DNA of 64,000 nucleotides from Myxococcota bacterium (GTDB lineage Bacteria; Myxococcota_A; Polyangia; Nannocystales; Nannocystaceae): NCBI GenBank assembly GCA_039028615.1, contig JBCCHT010000035.1, positions 1 to 64,000 of the forward strand, read 5' to 3'. Shown piece by piece: positions 33,116 to 42,559 of this stretch (position 1 is its first letter; each line of letters starts with the position of its first letter). The notes under the pieces were generated by a model. It saw only the letters and a program-made list of their open reading frames with translations, ran no database searches and was not told where the DNA came from. The position numbers and the translations under genes were made by a program.

Positions 33116-34096
33116 TCAGCGACCGTGACACGCAGCCGCGGGGAGGTAGTCGGTCTGGCTGACCCACGTGTCCTCCGTTTTTTCCACCGACACCAGGGAG
33201 GGCAAGGTGTGCGCATGCGTATGGCGCCCGATCTCCTTCCAGCCGGAGCAGTGGTGGATCACCGCCGCGCCTTCGCCACACCACGTGCAGCTCGTCGCCA
33301 TGCGGATGATCGTCTCGTTCTGATACTGAGGGACGCTGTAGGTGTCGGTGCGGTCCTGATACCCGACCTTCATGCGCGTGCATTGCCCGGCCAGCGCGGG
33401 AGAAGAATCCGTGATCGTCGTCGTCGTGCTGGTCGAGGTGCTGATGCCCCCGGCCAACGTTCCGCCCACGGAGATCTGGTGGCTGACCTCGCCGCTCACC
33501 GAGCCGAATCCCGGAACGCCGGCTTCCAACCCCGCCTGAACTCCCGCGGTGTACTCCACCGAAGCACTGGCGGACAGGTTCCACCCCGTGTTGAGCGTCT
33601 CCGCCCGGGCGTAGGTCAGCGTTCCGTCGGAGCCGGCGGGCATCAGCTTGTACAGCGTGTTCGTCCATACCGTGTCGCCGGTCTCGCTCGAGACCAGGCG
33701 CGCGGTCCCTGGGTACGGGTCGCTCCACTCGATCTCGTTCATGTAGTAGGTGCGAACGGTGCACTCGCCCACTGCTTCGTCGGCGACTTCGCAGACGTCC
33801 CCCGTCGCCTCGATGCATTCTTCTTGAATCTCGGCGAGGTGCTCTTCGACCGGCTCTCCTTTGCCGTCGCCCTCGAACTCGAGCTCGCCCTCGGCCGGTT
33901 CGTAGGGATACGGCTCCCCGTGGTCGCCCGCGGACTCATCACCCGCCCAGGCGAGGCCTCCGCCGCCGAGGACGAGGCCCGAGATCACGACACCGCTCAG
34001 CAGCGCGAGTCGACGACCGCGGCGGGGCCGGGGCTGGCGTTGGGCCGAGCTGGCACGAAAAGAGTCGGAGGAATGGGAAAGAGAGTTCGTATGCAC
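33116..34096 (-). CDS. Secreted Ser/Thr-rich beta protein, ETX/MTX2 (aerolysin-like) pore-forming candidate
   Basis: Signal RRGRRLALLSGVVISGLVLGGGGLAWA. Core NTGWNLSASASVEYTAGVQAGLEAGVPGFGSVSGEVSHQISVGG...STSTSTTTTIT. Confidence 0.6.
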   Translation of the reverse strand: MHTNSLSHSSDSFRASSAQRQPRPRRGRRLALLSGVVISGLVLGGGGLAWAGDESAGDHGEPYPYEPAEGELEFEGDGKGEPVEEHLAEIQEECIEATGDVCEVADEAVGECTVRTYYMNEIEWSDPYPGTARLVSSETGDTVWTNTLYKLMPAGSDGTLTYARAETLNTGWNLSASASVEYTAGVQAGLEAGVPGFGSVSGEVSHQISVGGTLAGGISTSTSTTTTITDSSPALAGQCTRMKVGYQDRTDTYSVPQYQNETIIRMATSCTWCGEGAAVIHHCSGWKEIGRHTHAHTLPSLVSVEKTEDTWVSQTDYLPAAACHGR

Positions 34097-34434
34097 GAGC
34101 GTGTTCCTTTGTTTCGCGAACCGTGAAGCGACCCGCGGTGTCGTCCGCTCTCATGGATGCGGACGGCAACGAGGCCAGGTGCAAAACCTACGGCCGGGCC
34201 TTCGATTCGGATCACGAACCATCGGAAGAAAGTCGCCACGGCGATTTCGAACGACGCATCGATCCTGTGGGGGCAAAGGGCCTCAACGGTGATGCGCGGT
34301 TCTGCCATCGGCACGCGTGCGGATGACCTGCTGCGGATGAAAGCTCTGCCGCGGCAGACGTGTCTCGGCTACGACGTCGATGTCATGCCGAGCGTGACGC
34401 CGCGAGCGGCCACCATTGAGTTGCGAGCTACGGA

Positions 34435-36147
34435 ATGTCTCTTGCACAGCCTGTCCGCGTGCGTGGAGCGAAGGGTTCGTGGTTGGCCGTCCTGATGGTG
34501 CTCGCCCTGGGGTGCAGGGACGAAGCCCCCGCGACCCAGGCCGATGGCACGACCGGTGTATCCGAGTCGTCGAGCGGTAGCACGGGAGCCGAGTCGACCG
34601 GGTCGCTCGACACCACGACCGGACTCGACACCACGGCAGGGTCCGACGAGGACAGCAGCTCCAGCGGTGACGGTGTCGAGTGTGAGCCCATGCCCCCGGG
34701 CACGAGCGATGCAGCATGGTTCATGGTCGCGACCTTCGACGCGGTGCTACGGATCGATAGTCACGGTGACCTACCACTCGAACCGGTCGAGGTGGCGACG
34801 CCGCCGGCCGAGCAGTTGTTCGTTGGAGATTTCCACCATGATTCGGCCATCGTCCTGCGGTCCTGGGGTGTCGGTGACGATTCGCTGTGGTTTGGTTCTC
34901 TGGAGGATCCGGGCACCTTTTCTCTTCACAAGCTGGACATCGCTCCCGCCCCCGATGCCGAGTCGCGGCACGCGGCGTTCTCCCCCGATGGCTCCCAGGT
35001 CCTATTCGACGCTGCGGCGACGGTCGGGGGCTCCCGCGCCCTGTATCTGACCTCGGTGGATGGGAGCCCGCCTTCGTTGTTCTTCGAGCCCAGTGACCCC
35101 TCGGCCACGCTCGAGCTCGACTTCGAGTTCACGCCCGACGGTGGATCGGTGGTGTTCGTGGCCGACCTCGATGGAACGGGTCAGCTACGCCGCTACCAGC
35201 TCCCGAGCACGGCCGCCCCCGGTACGGTGCCCCGAGACCTGGGTCCGCGAACGCCGGACGAGTTCCATCGTGGATACGCGGCCGATGGTTCGTACATGGT
35301 GATGGTACGCGATGCGGGTCTGCACCGAATCGATCTGACCGGCGTGGGGCCAACCGAGCCTCAGCTCATCTTCGGGCCCCCGAGCGAAGGCGAAGACCTC
35401 GACTTCAGCCACTTCGCCGGTTCGCGCGATTGGGCGATCGTCGAGGTCGACGATGGTCGCGAGACGACGCCCCATGCCATCAACCTGAGCGAGGCCGAGC
35501 CAAACTCGGTCGTACTCCCCACGACTAGGGGCGTCGAACGGGTCTCCCCCGGGGAGTCCTACTACGCCTATCTCGACGAGGACTTCGAGCCGTTGATCGC
35601 CGACATGCGGCAGTGGCCCCCGATCCTCGTCGACCTTTCGCTGCCCTCGCTACCCGCGGGTCATCGTCGCCGCTCGGCCATGTTCACGGACGATGACACG
35701 CTCTACGTCGTCGACCACGACCAGCTCTATATTTCACATTGGCTGCACCGCCTGACCCTCGAGCCGGGGGGTCGTAGTCACTCCGAGTTCGTGCTGCAGT
35801 GGGAAGGTGGGAGGGGCGACCTACCCCACACGCTGGTGGATGAACGGATTCTGCTGTTCTCCGACGTCTCCCAAGAATCGGTGATGGACATCGAGTGCCC
35901 TACGGCTCCGGTCTCGTTCGCCGACGGCCTCGACACGGGCATATTCTTCGGCGTCAGGCACGAGCCACCATCGGCCAAGGTCCTGGCGTTCCAGATCGTC
36001 CTCGATCGGCAGCAGGAGCTCGACAGCTACCATCTGTACGAGTTCGACACGCGACGTGATCCGCTGGGGACGGTCCACGAGCTCGTCGAACTCGATTCTT
36101 GGCCCGTGTGGTGGGCCCAGCTACCCGCTACTGCCCCGGGGCGTTGA
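34435..36147 (+). CDS. Lipoprotein with S/T-rich linker and TolB-like beta-propeller
   Basis: Lipobox LALGC. PD40-like motifs AAFSPDGSQVLF and FEFTPDGGSVVFVAD. Confidence 0.8.
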   Translation: MSLAQPVRVRGAKGSWLAVLMVLALGCRDEAPATQADGTTGVSESSSGSTGAESTGSLDTTTGLDTTAGSDEDSSSSGDGVECEPMPPGTSDAAWFMVATFDAVLRIDSHGDLPLEPVEVATPPAEQLFVGDFHHDSAIVLRSWGVGDDSLWFGSLEDPGTFSLHKLDIAPAPDAESRHAAFSPDGSQVLFDAAATVGGSRALYLTSVDGSPPSLFFEPSDPSATLELDFEFTPDGGSVVFVADLDGTGQLRRYQLPSTAAPGTVPRDLGPRTPDEFHRGYAADGSYMVMVRDAGLHRIDLTGVGPTEPQLIFGPPSEGEDLDFSHFAGSRDWAIVEVDDGRETTPHAINLSEAEPNSVVLPTTRGVERVSPGESYYAYLDEDFEPLIADMRQWPPILVDLSLPSLPAGHRRRSAMFTDDDTLYVVDHDQLYISHWLHRLTLEPGGRSHSEFVLQWEGGRGDLPHTLVDERILLFSDVSQESVMDIECPTAPVSFADGLDTGIFFGVRHEPPSAKVLAFQIVLDRQQELDSYHLYEFDTRRDPLGTVHELVELDSWPVWWAQLPATAPGR

Positions 36148-36436
36148 GTTCGTCGATCGGAGCTTCGCTCGGCTCCTCGGGCTCGCTCGGCTCCTCGAGC
36201 TCGGGCTCGACATCGACGGGCTGGTCCATGGCGGGCTCGGGCGGCGGCGGGCCACCGTACTTGGTCGCCCTGCGCTGCGGGCAGGCGGCCAGCGCCGTGA
36301 TCGCGGCCGTGCCCACGAGCAAAACGCCCGCGCGACTGAGGCCGAACGACGCGGGCAGGGCGTGCTCGCAGAAGGGGCAGACTCTGGTGCCGACGCGTAC
36401 GTGGCGGGCACACCCGGGGCACTCGTGGAGTTGCAC
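36128..36436 (-). CDS. Small protein: CxxC-x10-CPxC zinc ribbon, hydrophobic segment/lipobox, YGGPP motif
   Basis: QLHECPGCARHVRVGTRVCPFC...AAITALAAC...KYGGPPPPEP. GTG start at 36436 inferred. Confidence 0.7.
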   Translation of the reverse strand: MQLHECPGCARHVRVGTRVCPFCEHALPASFGLSRAGVLLVGTAAITALAACPQRRATKYGGPPPPEPAMDQPVDVEPELEEPSEPEEPSEAPIDELNAPGQ

Positions 36437-36699
36437 GAAACCACGATACCCGGGCGCAGGGCGCGGTGGCAATGTGTTCGTGCGCCCGGCGGCTGCCCAA
36501 ATGCGGTGTCAGTCCAGGCGCACCCGCTCGTAGCGGCTACGACACCATCCGGGGTCATCCCACCACGCAGTTGAGTGGCCAGGGATCGCCGTGGGCCGCC
36601 GGACGGCCTCGATCTCGATCGAGATCACCCGGCCCACAACCGCCACCCGTCGACCACGCACCGATTCAGGGTACCGCTGAACCGGCGCCGACGGCCAGC

Positions 36700-37140
36700 C
36701 TAACGCCCACCCGGCAGGTCGGTGCAATCGCCCTTCTTGAGCACCCCCGTCCCCGCCACGGCGGCCATGCACGCGTTGGAGTACACCTTTTGATCGCAAC
36801 CGCAGACGGGGTCATGCTGCTGGGTGCACATCTCGGGTTTCTTCTTGCAGACCGCGGTGGCATCGGCCCAACCACAGATACCGCTGGGCTCGTAGGCGCA
36901 GTACTCGTCTTCGGCACAGGTGTCACCCGCTCGCGCGCCGCAGGCCTTGCCCTCGGAGGGCTCCGGCTCCGGCTCCGGTGCGGGCTCGGGTTCGGGTTCC
37001 GGCGAAGGCTCCGGCGCGGGCTCCGGGTTCTGGACCGGGTTGGGCGAGCCATCGTTGCCCGTCGAGCTGGGCGAGCCCGAACACGCGAGCGCCAAGGTAG
37101 CGAAGACGGTGACAACCCACGGGTAGGTTTGGGCCTGCAT
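36700..37140 (-). CDS. Kazal-type serine protease inhibitor domain lipoprotein
   Basis: Kazal signature CTQQHDPVCGCDQKVYSNAC...GDC. Lipobox LALAC. (PE)n linker. Confidence 0.9.
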   Translation of the reverse strand: MQAQTYPWVVTVFATLALACSGSPSSTGNDGSPNPVQNPEPAPEPSPEPEPEPAPEPEPEPSEGKACGARAGDTCAEDEYCAYEPSGICGWADATAVCKKKPEMCTQQHDPVCGCDQKVYSNACMAAVAGTGVLKKGDCTDLPGGR

Positions 37141-37387
37141 GCCACCCACGGTACACCGCCGAAGCACCGAGCGGCTCGAGTCCCGAAGCTCCGCCAACAA
37201 CGGAACCATCTCGAGGGTTGGAATGCCAACCCCTCGTCACCATTGAGAGATCCCGATTCTCCCCCTCGCTTCCGATGCGCCTCCGCCAACGTCGATTGAG
37301 TGGCTCCCCAGGATCGAGCCTCGGACCGGAGCAACGACGATCCATTTCGCTTGCTGGTCCCATGCGCCAGGCATACCCTCCCGTTCC

Positions 37388-38344
37388 GTGTTCGCGGATC
37401 AGGCATGGCTTCCGGGACCCGACCCGCTGGTCTTGCTCGCAGCGGTGGCCCTCGACTTGTGCTTTGGCGATCCACCGAACCGCTTCCACCCGGTCGCGTG
37501 GTTCGGTCGCGCGGTGAGCCCCTGGATCCGCGTCGAAGAACCGACGTCGGGAACGGCTGCTCGTGACTTCGTCCGTGGGATCGTTCTCGTCCTGGTGTCG
37601 ACCCTCGGGTTCGTGGCGCTCGGCTGCGGCATCGTGGCGCTGACTCGTCCATGGCCACTGCTGTCCTTCGTGGCGCAGGTCTTGGTGCTGAAGTCCGCGT
37701 TCGCCATCCGCGGCCTCGGGGCGGCGGGAAGCGTCACCGAGTCCGCGCTTCGACGCGGCAACCTCGAACAGGCCCGCCACTCCTTGCGCTCCCTGTGCAG
37801 TCGGGATCCATCCTCGCTCGGGCCGTCGGAAATCGCGGCGTCTGCGGTCGAGTCCGTGGCCGAGAATGCTTCGGACAGCGCGGTCGCTCCGTTCCTGTTC
37901 TATGCGCTGGGAGGCCTTCCCGGCGTACTGGCCTACCGAGCGGTGAACACCCTCGACGCGATGGTCGGGTACCGCGGCCGCTTCGAGTTCTTCGGCAAGG
38001 CGGCGGCACGGCTCGACGACGTACTGAACTGGATCCCGGCACGCCTGTGTGCGGCCCTCTTGCTGGTCGTGGGCCGCCTCCGGGGCGCGGACTGGCTCCG
38101 CGGTTGGGCGGTCATGCGACGGGATGCGGCGACGACCCCGAGCCCGAACGCGGGGCGACCCATGGCGGCCATGGCCGGGCTGCTGGGCGTACGACTCACG
38201 AAACGGGGGGTCTACGCGCTGGGGGACCCGACTCGCCCCACGGGTCCCGACGAGATCGCGCAGGCCTGGAACATCGCACGCGACGCGATCCTCGCCACGG
38301 CATTGCTGGTATGCCTGGCGCTCAGGCTGGGAGCGAGCGCATGA
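37388..38344 (+). CDS. cbiB: Adenosylcobinamide-phosphate synthase CbiB (CobD in aerobic nomenclature)
   Basis: GDPPNRFHPV, VESVAENASDS, YRAVNTLDAMVGYR, AARLDDVLNWIPAR and SPNAG. Confidence 0.95.
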   Translation: MFADQAWLPGPDPLVLLAAVALDLCFGDPPNRFHPVAWFGRAVSPWIRVEEPTSGTAARDFVRGIVLVLVSTLGFVALGCGIVALTRPWPLLSFVAQVLVLKSAFAIRGLGAAGSVTESALRRGNLEQARHSLRSLCSRDPSSLGPSEIAASAVESVAENASDSAVAPFLFYALGGLPGVLAYRAVNTLDAMVGYRGRFEFFGKAAARLDDVLNWIPARLCAALLLVVGRLRGADWLRGWAVMRRDAATTPSPNAGRPMAAMAGLLGVRLTKRGVYALGDPTRPTGPDEIAQAWNIARDAILATALLVCLALRLGASA

Positions 38345-39390
38345 CGGAGGAGTGGAACCACGGCGACGTCTCGGATGCCGAGCTGATCGAGCTCGGGCTC
38401 GATCCGGCGCAGTGCCTCGACTTCGCGGTGAACGTCGACCCCCGCGGGCCAGCGCCGGCGCTGCAGCAGGCGGTGGTCGAGGCCAAGGTCGGCCGCTACC
38501 CGGACCCGGCGTGCCGAGAGCTCACCGCTGCGCTCGCGCTTCGAGATGGCGTGCCGGAGGACCGCGTGCTCGTCGGAGCGGGGGTCACGGGCTTGCTGTG
38601 GGACGTGTTCCGAGCCGTGTCGCCGCAGACACGTGTGCTCGTCCCGCAGCACACCTTCGCCGAGTACGACGCGGCTCCGCGCGCCCATGGCCTGCACGTC
38701 GAGACCCTCGGGCGCTCGTCGGCCGATGGCTGGGCACTCGACTGGGAGTGCACCGAAGCGTGGCTCACACGAGATGGGCCACGCTCCTTCGTCCTCGGAG
38801 CACCGGACAACCCCTCCGGCTCCATCCCCGATTTCGATCGTCTTCGCCGCCTGGCCGAGGCGGCGCCCCAGGCCTGGATCGTGCTGGACGAGGCCTTCCT
38901 CCGCCTCAGCGCTCGCCCCGAGCGGGTCCACGAGCAGTTGCCGGACAACGTGCTGCGCCTGCGCTCGCTCACCAAGGAGCTGGCGATTCCTGGCCTCCGC
39001 GTCGGCTACATGGTGGCGTGCTCGTCCACCATCGACCGAGTCCGAGCGACCGCACAGCCCTGGTCGGTCGGGACCCCGGCTCAAGCGGCCGCCATCGCCG
39101 GCGCGAACGATCCCAGCCTGGCCGAAGATGCGCGCCTTCGCATGCGCGCGGATGTCGAGGCACTCTCGACGCAGCTGCGTGAGATCGGTTTGACGGTGCT
39201 TCCGACCGACACCGTGTACCTGCTGGCCGAGGTGCCGAGCGCCACCGAGCTCGCGCGATGGTGTCGAGCTCGCGGGGTGCTGGTCCGCGACTGCAGCTCG
39301 TTCGGCCTTCCTGGCCACATCCGCCTGTTGGGTCGTCCGGCCGCAGACCGTCGACGGCTCGTGACCCTCCTCCAGGAGTTCTTCAGTTGA
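38341..39390 (+). CDS. cobD: Threonine-phosphate decarboxylase, PLP class I/II (Salmonella CobD / aerobic CobC)
   Basis: MTEEWNHG, LDFAVNVDP, YPDP, PDNPSG, LDEAF, LRSLTKELAIPGLRVGY and LVRDCSSFGL. Cluster context. Confidence 0.85.
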   Translation: MTEEWNHGDVSDAELIELGLDPAQCLDFAVNVDPRGPAPALQQAVVEAKVGRYPDPACRELTAALALRDGVPEDRVLVGAGVTGLLWDVFRAVSPQTRVLVPQHTFAEYDAAPRAHGLHVETLGRSSADGWALDWECTEAWLTRDGPRSFVLGAPDNPSGSIPDFDRLRRLAEAAPQAWIVLDEAFLRLSARPERVHEQLPDNVLRLRSLTKELAIPGLRVGYMVACSSTIDRVRATAQPWSVGTPAQAAAIAGANDPSLAEDARLRMRADVEALSTQLREIGLTVLPTDTVYLLAEVPSATELARWCRARGVLVRDCSSFGLPGHIRLLGRPAADRRRLVTLLQEFFS

Positions 39391-40940
39391 ACCCGCCACG
39401 GCACGAGCGCGACGGCCTCGCCCCCACCCTGATGCTCCAGGGCACCGCCTCCGACGTGGGCAAGTCACTGCTGGTGGCCGGACTCGGTCGGGTCTTCGCG
39501 CGGCGCGGGGTCTCGGTCGCACCGTTCAAGTCGCAGAACATGGCCCTCAACGCGCACGTGACCCGCACCGGGCTGGAGATCGGGCGCGCACAGGCTCTGC
39601 AAGCGCGGGCCTGCGGTCTCGAGCCCGAGGTCGACATGAACCCGATCCTGATCAAGCCGCAGGGGGACATGGTCGCCCAGGTCGTGGTCCAGGGTCGCCC
39701 CGCGTTCCGGCGCACCGCGGCCGAGTACCACGACCGCAAGCTCGCGCTTCGGGGGGTCGTGGCCGAGTCACTCGAGCGATTGCGCCGCCGCTACGACCTC
39801 GTGCTCATCGAGGGCGCGGGAAGCCCCGCCGAGATCAACCTCCGCGACCGCGATCTCGTCAACATGTTCGTGGCGAAGATCGCCGACGCTCCCGTGCTGC
39901 TCGTGGGAGACATCGACCGCGGCGGCGTGTTTGCGCACCTGGTCGGTACCCTGGCCTTGCTCGAGCCGGAGGACCGCGCCCGCGTAGCGGGGCTCATCAT
40001 CAACCGATTCCGCGGCGACATCTCGCTGCTCACGCCCGGCATCACCCAGCTGGAGGAGCTGGCCGGGGTGCCATCGATCGGCGTCGTCCGCCATGTGCCC
40101 GACCTCCGCTTCGCCGCCGAGGACTCGCTCAGCCTGCCCGCTCGGCTGGCGAGGGGGCCGGCTCCAGCGGACGAGATCGAGGTGGGTATCGTCCGCCTTC
40201 CCCGAGCCTCCAACCTCGACGAGTTCGATGCCCTGACCTGGGAACAAGGGGTCTCGGTGCGCTACGTGACCCACCCCGCCGAGGCCGAGCGGGCCGACCT
40301 GCTGGTCATCCCCGGCAGCAAGAACACGCTCGGCGATCTCGCGTGGCTCCGCGAGCGCGGCTTCGATCCCGTGCTGCGGCGCCGCTCCGAACGCGGCGAT
40401 CCGATCTTGGGGATCTGCGGAGGGTGCCAGATGCTCGGGACCCGCATCGAAGATCCAGACGGAGTCGAGGCCGAGGGCGGCGCCAGCGTCGAAGGCCTGG
40501 GGCTGCTCCCGCTCGTGACTCGGTTCGAGCCCGGAAAGCGCACGCTCCAGGTCCGAGTGCACAGCGAGGATCCACAAGGCCCCTTCGGTCGCTTCGAAGG
40601 TGCGGACGGTTACTGGATCCACTCCGGGCGGACCGAGCGATTGCGCGGAGACGCAACCGTCTACGTGACCTCCTCACAGAACGACGAGCCGCGACCGGAT
40701 GGCGCACTCGACCGGGAAACCGGAGCCACCGTGATCGGGACGATGGTCCACGGCCTGCTCGACAACGAGGCCCCACGGCGCGGTCTGCTGCGAACCGTGG
40801 CGAAGCGCTGCCGTCGCCCGTGGTCGCCCGGGCCGACGGTCCCCGACGTCGACGCCGAGCTCGATCGGGTGGCCGATGCGGTCGAGGAGGGACTCGACAT
40901 GGCCGCCATCGACGCGATACTCCGAGAACGAACGCCATGA
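39387..40940 (+). CDS. cobQ: Cobyric acid synthase
   Basis: LMLQGTASDVGKS, PFKSQNMALN, EGAGSPAEINL, DIDRGG and GICGGCQMLG. TTG start at 39387 inferred. Confidence 0.95.
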   Translation: MNPPRHERDGLAPTLMLQGTASDVGKSLLVAGLGRVFARRGVSVAPFKSQNMALNAHVTRTGLEIGRAQALQARACGLEPEVDMNPILIKPQGDMVAQVVVQGRPAFRRTAAEYHDRKLALRGVVAESLERLRRRYDLVLIEGAGSPAEINLRDRDLVNMFVAKIADAPVLLVGDIDRGGVFAHLVGTLALLEPEDRARVAGLIINRFRGDISLLTPGITQLEELAGVPSIGVVRHVPDLRFAAEDSLSLPARLARGPAPADEIEVGIVRLPRASNLDEFDALTWEQGVSVRYVTHPAEAERADLLVIPGSKNTLGDLAWLRERGFDPVLRRRSERGDPILGICGGCQMLGTRIEDPDGVEAEGGASVEGLGLLPLVTRFEPGKRTLQVRVHSEDPQGPFGRFEGADGYWIHSGRTERLRGDATVYVTSSQNDEPRPDGALDRETGATVIGTMVHGLLDNEAPRRGLLRTVAKRCRRPWSPGPTVPDVDAELDRVADAVEEGLDMAAIDAILRERTP

Positions 40941-41539
40941 GCGACGCACAACAGCAAGCCCACCGCGAACGGATGAAGAAGCTGCAGGCGGAGAAGGCCG
41001 CCGAGGTCCGAGAAAAGAAGATCCGACGCGGCGTCGTCGTCGTGCACACCGGCGACGGCAAGGGAAAGAGCACGGCCGGGTTCGGCGTGGCCTTCCGCGC
41101 GTTCGGCCACGGGCAGCGAGTCGCGATCGTCCAGTTCATCAAGGGCACCTGGAAGACGGGAGAAGCGGCCGTGCTCCAGCGGTTCCCCGAGATCGAGCAC
41201 ATCGTGTCGGGCGACGGCTTCACCTGGGACACCCAAGACCGGGCGAACGACATCGCCTCCGCCGAGAAGGGCTGGAACGCGGCCAAGGACCTGATCGAGT
41301 CCGAGCGGTTCGACGTGATCGTCCTCGACGAGATCAACGTGGCGCTGAAGTACGGCTACCTGGACGCGGCCGAGGTGGCGACCGCCCTGCGCGACAAGCC
41401 GGAGGAGCTGTCGATCGTGCTCACCGGGCGCAACGCTCCGCAGGCGGTGATCGACGCCGCGGATACCGTCACCGAGCACAAGGTCGTCAAGCATGCGTTC
41501 TCCGCGGGCATCCGCGCTCGCAAGGGCGTGGAGTTCTAG
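40937..41539 (+). CDS. cobO: Cob(I)yrinic acid a,c-diamide adenosyltransferase
   Basis: HTGDGKGKSTAGFG, VQFIKG, GFTW, LDEIN, LTGR and KHAF..GI.ARKGVEF. Confidence 0.95.
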   Translation: MSDAQQQAHRERMKKLQAEKAAEVREKKIRRGVVVVHTGDGKGKSTAGFGVAFRAFGHGQRVAIVQFIKGTWKTGEAAVLQRFPEIEHIVSGDGFTWDTQDRANDIASAEKGWNAAKDLIESERFDVIVLDEINVALKYGYLDAAEVATALRDKPEELSIVLTGRNAPQAVIDAADTVTEHKVVKHAFSAGIRARKGVEF

Positions 41540-41554
41540 GACGGCCCGGCGCGC

Positions 41555-42559
41555 ATGACCGACGAGTCCGTCGATCCAGCCCTGGCGCTCGGCTCGCTGG
41601 GCGAGCTGCCGGCCCCCGATCGCGAGGTCGATGCGCGGGACGTATTCGGACTGCCCCTCGATCTGCGGTTGCCTGCGTTCTCGAACGCCGGCCCCCTGAC
41701 GCCCGCCGTCGATCCCTCCTACGTGTTCCAGGAGGAGGTCCTCACGGCTGTGCTGCTGGGATTCGCCCGCGGTCGCCGAGTCTTGCTGACCGGCATGCAC
41801 GGTGCCGGCAAGTCCACGCACCTCGAGCAAGCCGCGGCTCGGCTCAACTGGCCGTGCGTCCGCGTCAACCTGGACGGACACGTGGGGAGGGTCGACCTGC
41901 TGGGCCGTGACGTGGTCCGGCTGGACGAAGGACGACCGATCACGCAGTTCCAGGAGGGCGTGCTGCCGTGGGCCGTGCAGCGCCCCGTCGCCCTCGTCCT
42001 CGACGAATACGATGCCGGGCGCCCGGACGTGATGTTCGTCCTGCAGCGACTGCTCGAGCAGCACGGGCGCCTCACGATGCTCGAGCAAGGGCGGGTCGTC
42101 AGCCCCCACCCGGCGTTTCGGCTGTTCGGGACCGCCAACACGGCGGGGCTGGGAGACACCTCCGGGCTCTACGCCGGCACCCAGCTGCTCAACCAGGCCC
42201 AGCTCGATCGTTGGAACATGGTCGTGGAGGTGCCCTACATGAGTCCCGAGCAGGAGAAGCGAATGGTCTTGGCCACGCTGCCCGGGCTGTCGTCCGTCGA
42301 CGACGCCGAGCGGTTGATCGACCAGATGGTCGCGCTCGCTGGCTGGACTCGCAGCGCGCATCGCCAGGGTGAGCTGTCCGTGGTGATGAGCCCGCGGACG
42401 GTGCTGCACTGGGCGGAGTCGTACCTCGACGTGGCCGATGCCGCGAGCGCGCTGCGCCTGAGCTTCTTGTATCGATGTGATCCGCTCGAGCGACCGGCGG
42501 TCGCCGAGTGCTTCCAGCGGCTCTTCGATCGGGAGTTGGTCTCCGCCGATGCGGGATAG
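41555..42559 (+). CDS. cobS: Aerobic cobaltochelatase AAA+ subunit CobS
   Basis: HGAGKSTHLEQAAARLNWPCVRVNLD, DEYDAGRPDVMFVLQR, GLGDTSGLY and VMSPRTV. Confidence 0.9.
   Translation: MTDESVDPALALGSLGELPAPDREVDARDVFGLPLDLRLPAFSNAGPLTPAVDPSYVFQEEVLTAVLLGFARGRRVLLTGMHGAGKSTHLEQAAARLNWPCVRVNLDGHVGRVDLLGRDVVRLDEGRPITQFQEGVLPWAVQRPVALVLDEYDAGRPDVMFVLQRLLEQHGRLTMLEQGRVVSPHPAFRLFGTANTAGLGDTSGLYAGTQLLNQAQLDRWNMVVEVPYMSPEQEKRMVLATLPGLSSVDDAERLIDQMVALAGWTRSAHRQGELSVVMSPRTVLHWAESYLDVADAASALRLSFLYRCDPLERPAVAECFQRLFDRELVSADAG

Noticed and set aside
36950..37035. Short tandem GGCTCC/GGCTCG repeats
   Set aside because: They encode the (PE)n linker of the Kazal lipoprotein; not a CRISPR or independent repeat.
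37200..37390. Cobalamin riboswitch upstream of cbiB; hairpin CGAGGGTTGG-AATG-CCAACCCCTCG near 37212
   Set aside because: No B12-box or other conserved riboswitch elements. A lone hairpin is not enough to assign a function.
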